The notes under the pieces were generated by a model, which did no database searches, was not told the origin of the DNA, and was given only the letters and a program-made list of their open reading frames with translations. Positions 63,401 through 64,000 of a stretch of 64,000 nucleotides of DNA are shown piece after piece; the first letter of the stretch is position 1; each line of letters starts with the position of its first letter. The DNA comes from Chiloscyllium plagiosum (taxonomy: Eukaryota): the NCBI RefSeq assembly GCF_004010195.1, contig NC_057719.1, forward strand, positions 37,324,138 to 37,388,137, in the 5' to 3' direction. Made by a program: the position numbers and the translations under genes.

Positions 63401-64000
63401 ACTTATCCGCTGTTCTTTGGAATCAACTGTTTAATCGCAATCTGAATCCCATAGCAATTGAACCAAGATGTTGTAATTTTACAATGAATTAAATTGAAGG
63501 TAATAACTTAATTTTGGGTCTCATCGCCAGCTAATATATTCACATAATGGTGTACAGGAATAATACTACAGTATTACTGTTTTCTATATATTTGAGAATC
63601 TTTTTCTGTTCTAGTGATATATCTTTGCTCTCTGCGCCTTCTCTAGCAGAATAGAAGTAACAAGAGCAATATCTCATTTAGACATATTTATCAAAACACC
63701 AGAACCAATGCTTGTTCAAAGAAGAGTGCAGGAGTGCATGACATGATCAGCACTAGGAACATCTAAAATGAAGTGTCAACCTGGTGAAGCTATCACACAA
63801 GGATACATGCATCCAAACTATACAAGCAACATGTGGTAGAGAGGAATAAACTGGGATTACACAAAGCTTGCTTTCATTTTTACCTACTTAATGACTTGCG
63901 TGTTCTAAATTGTTAGTCAAGATAATGTCTTGAAATGCATAAAGGTGGATAAATCCCCAGGACCTGATCAGGTGTATCTTAGAACTCTGTGGGAAGCTAG

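Noticed and set aside
1..64000. CRISPR arrays, operons or other prokaryotic systems
   Set aside because: The sequence is a spliced vertebrate locus, and I saw no regularly spaced repeat-spacer array.

Overview
Vertebrate genomic DNA, almost certainly from a cartilaginous fish. The basis for that call is the repeat content: many HE1/V-SINE-type SINEs, CR1/HER1-type LINEs, a Deu-domain SINE and Penelope-like elements. The whole window lies inside one minus-strand gene, EML1 (echinoderm microtubule-associated protein-like 1). I mapped 16 frame-consistent coding exons (50773 down to 585) running from the basic region through the HELP motif and much of the WD40/TAPE domain; the first and last exons lie outside the window. 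One intron (26596-42658, about 16 kb) is U12-type and carries a complete but decayed Gypsy LTR element. Upstream of the HELP exon there are four candidate alternative exons. The best is an in-frame Ser/Pro-rich terminal exon with a downstream AATAAA, which would give a short TAPE-less isoform reminiscent of the fish cone protein CNG-modulin. The introns also contain about ten Penelope pLTR/minimal hammerhead ribozyme motifs. Three inverted (fold-back) structures break in hammerhead stem II, including a 3.05-kb near-perfect palindrome (51212-54264). There are two N gaps. All calls come from reading the sequence by hand; no database search was run.
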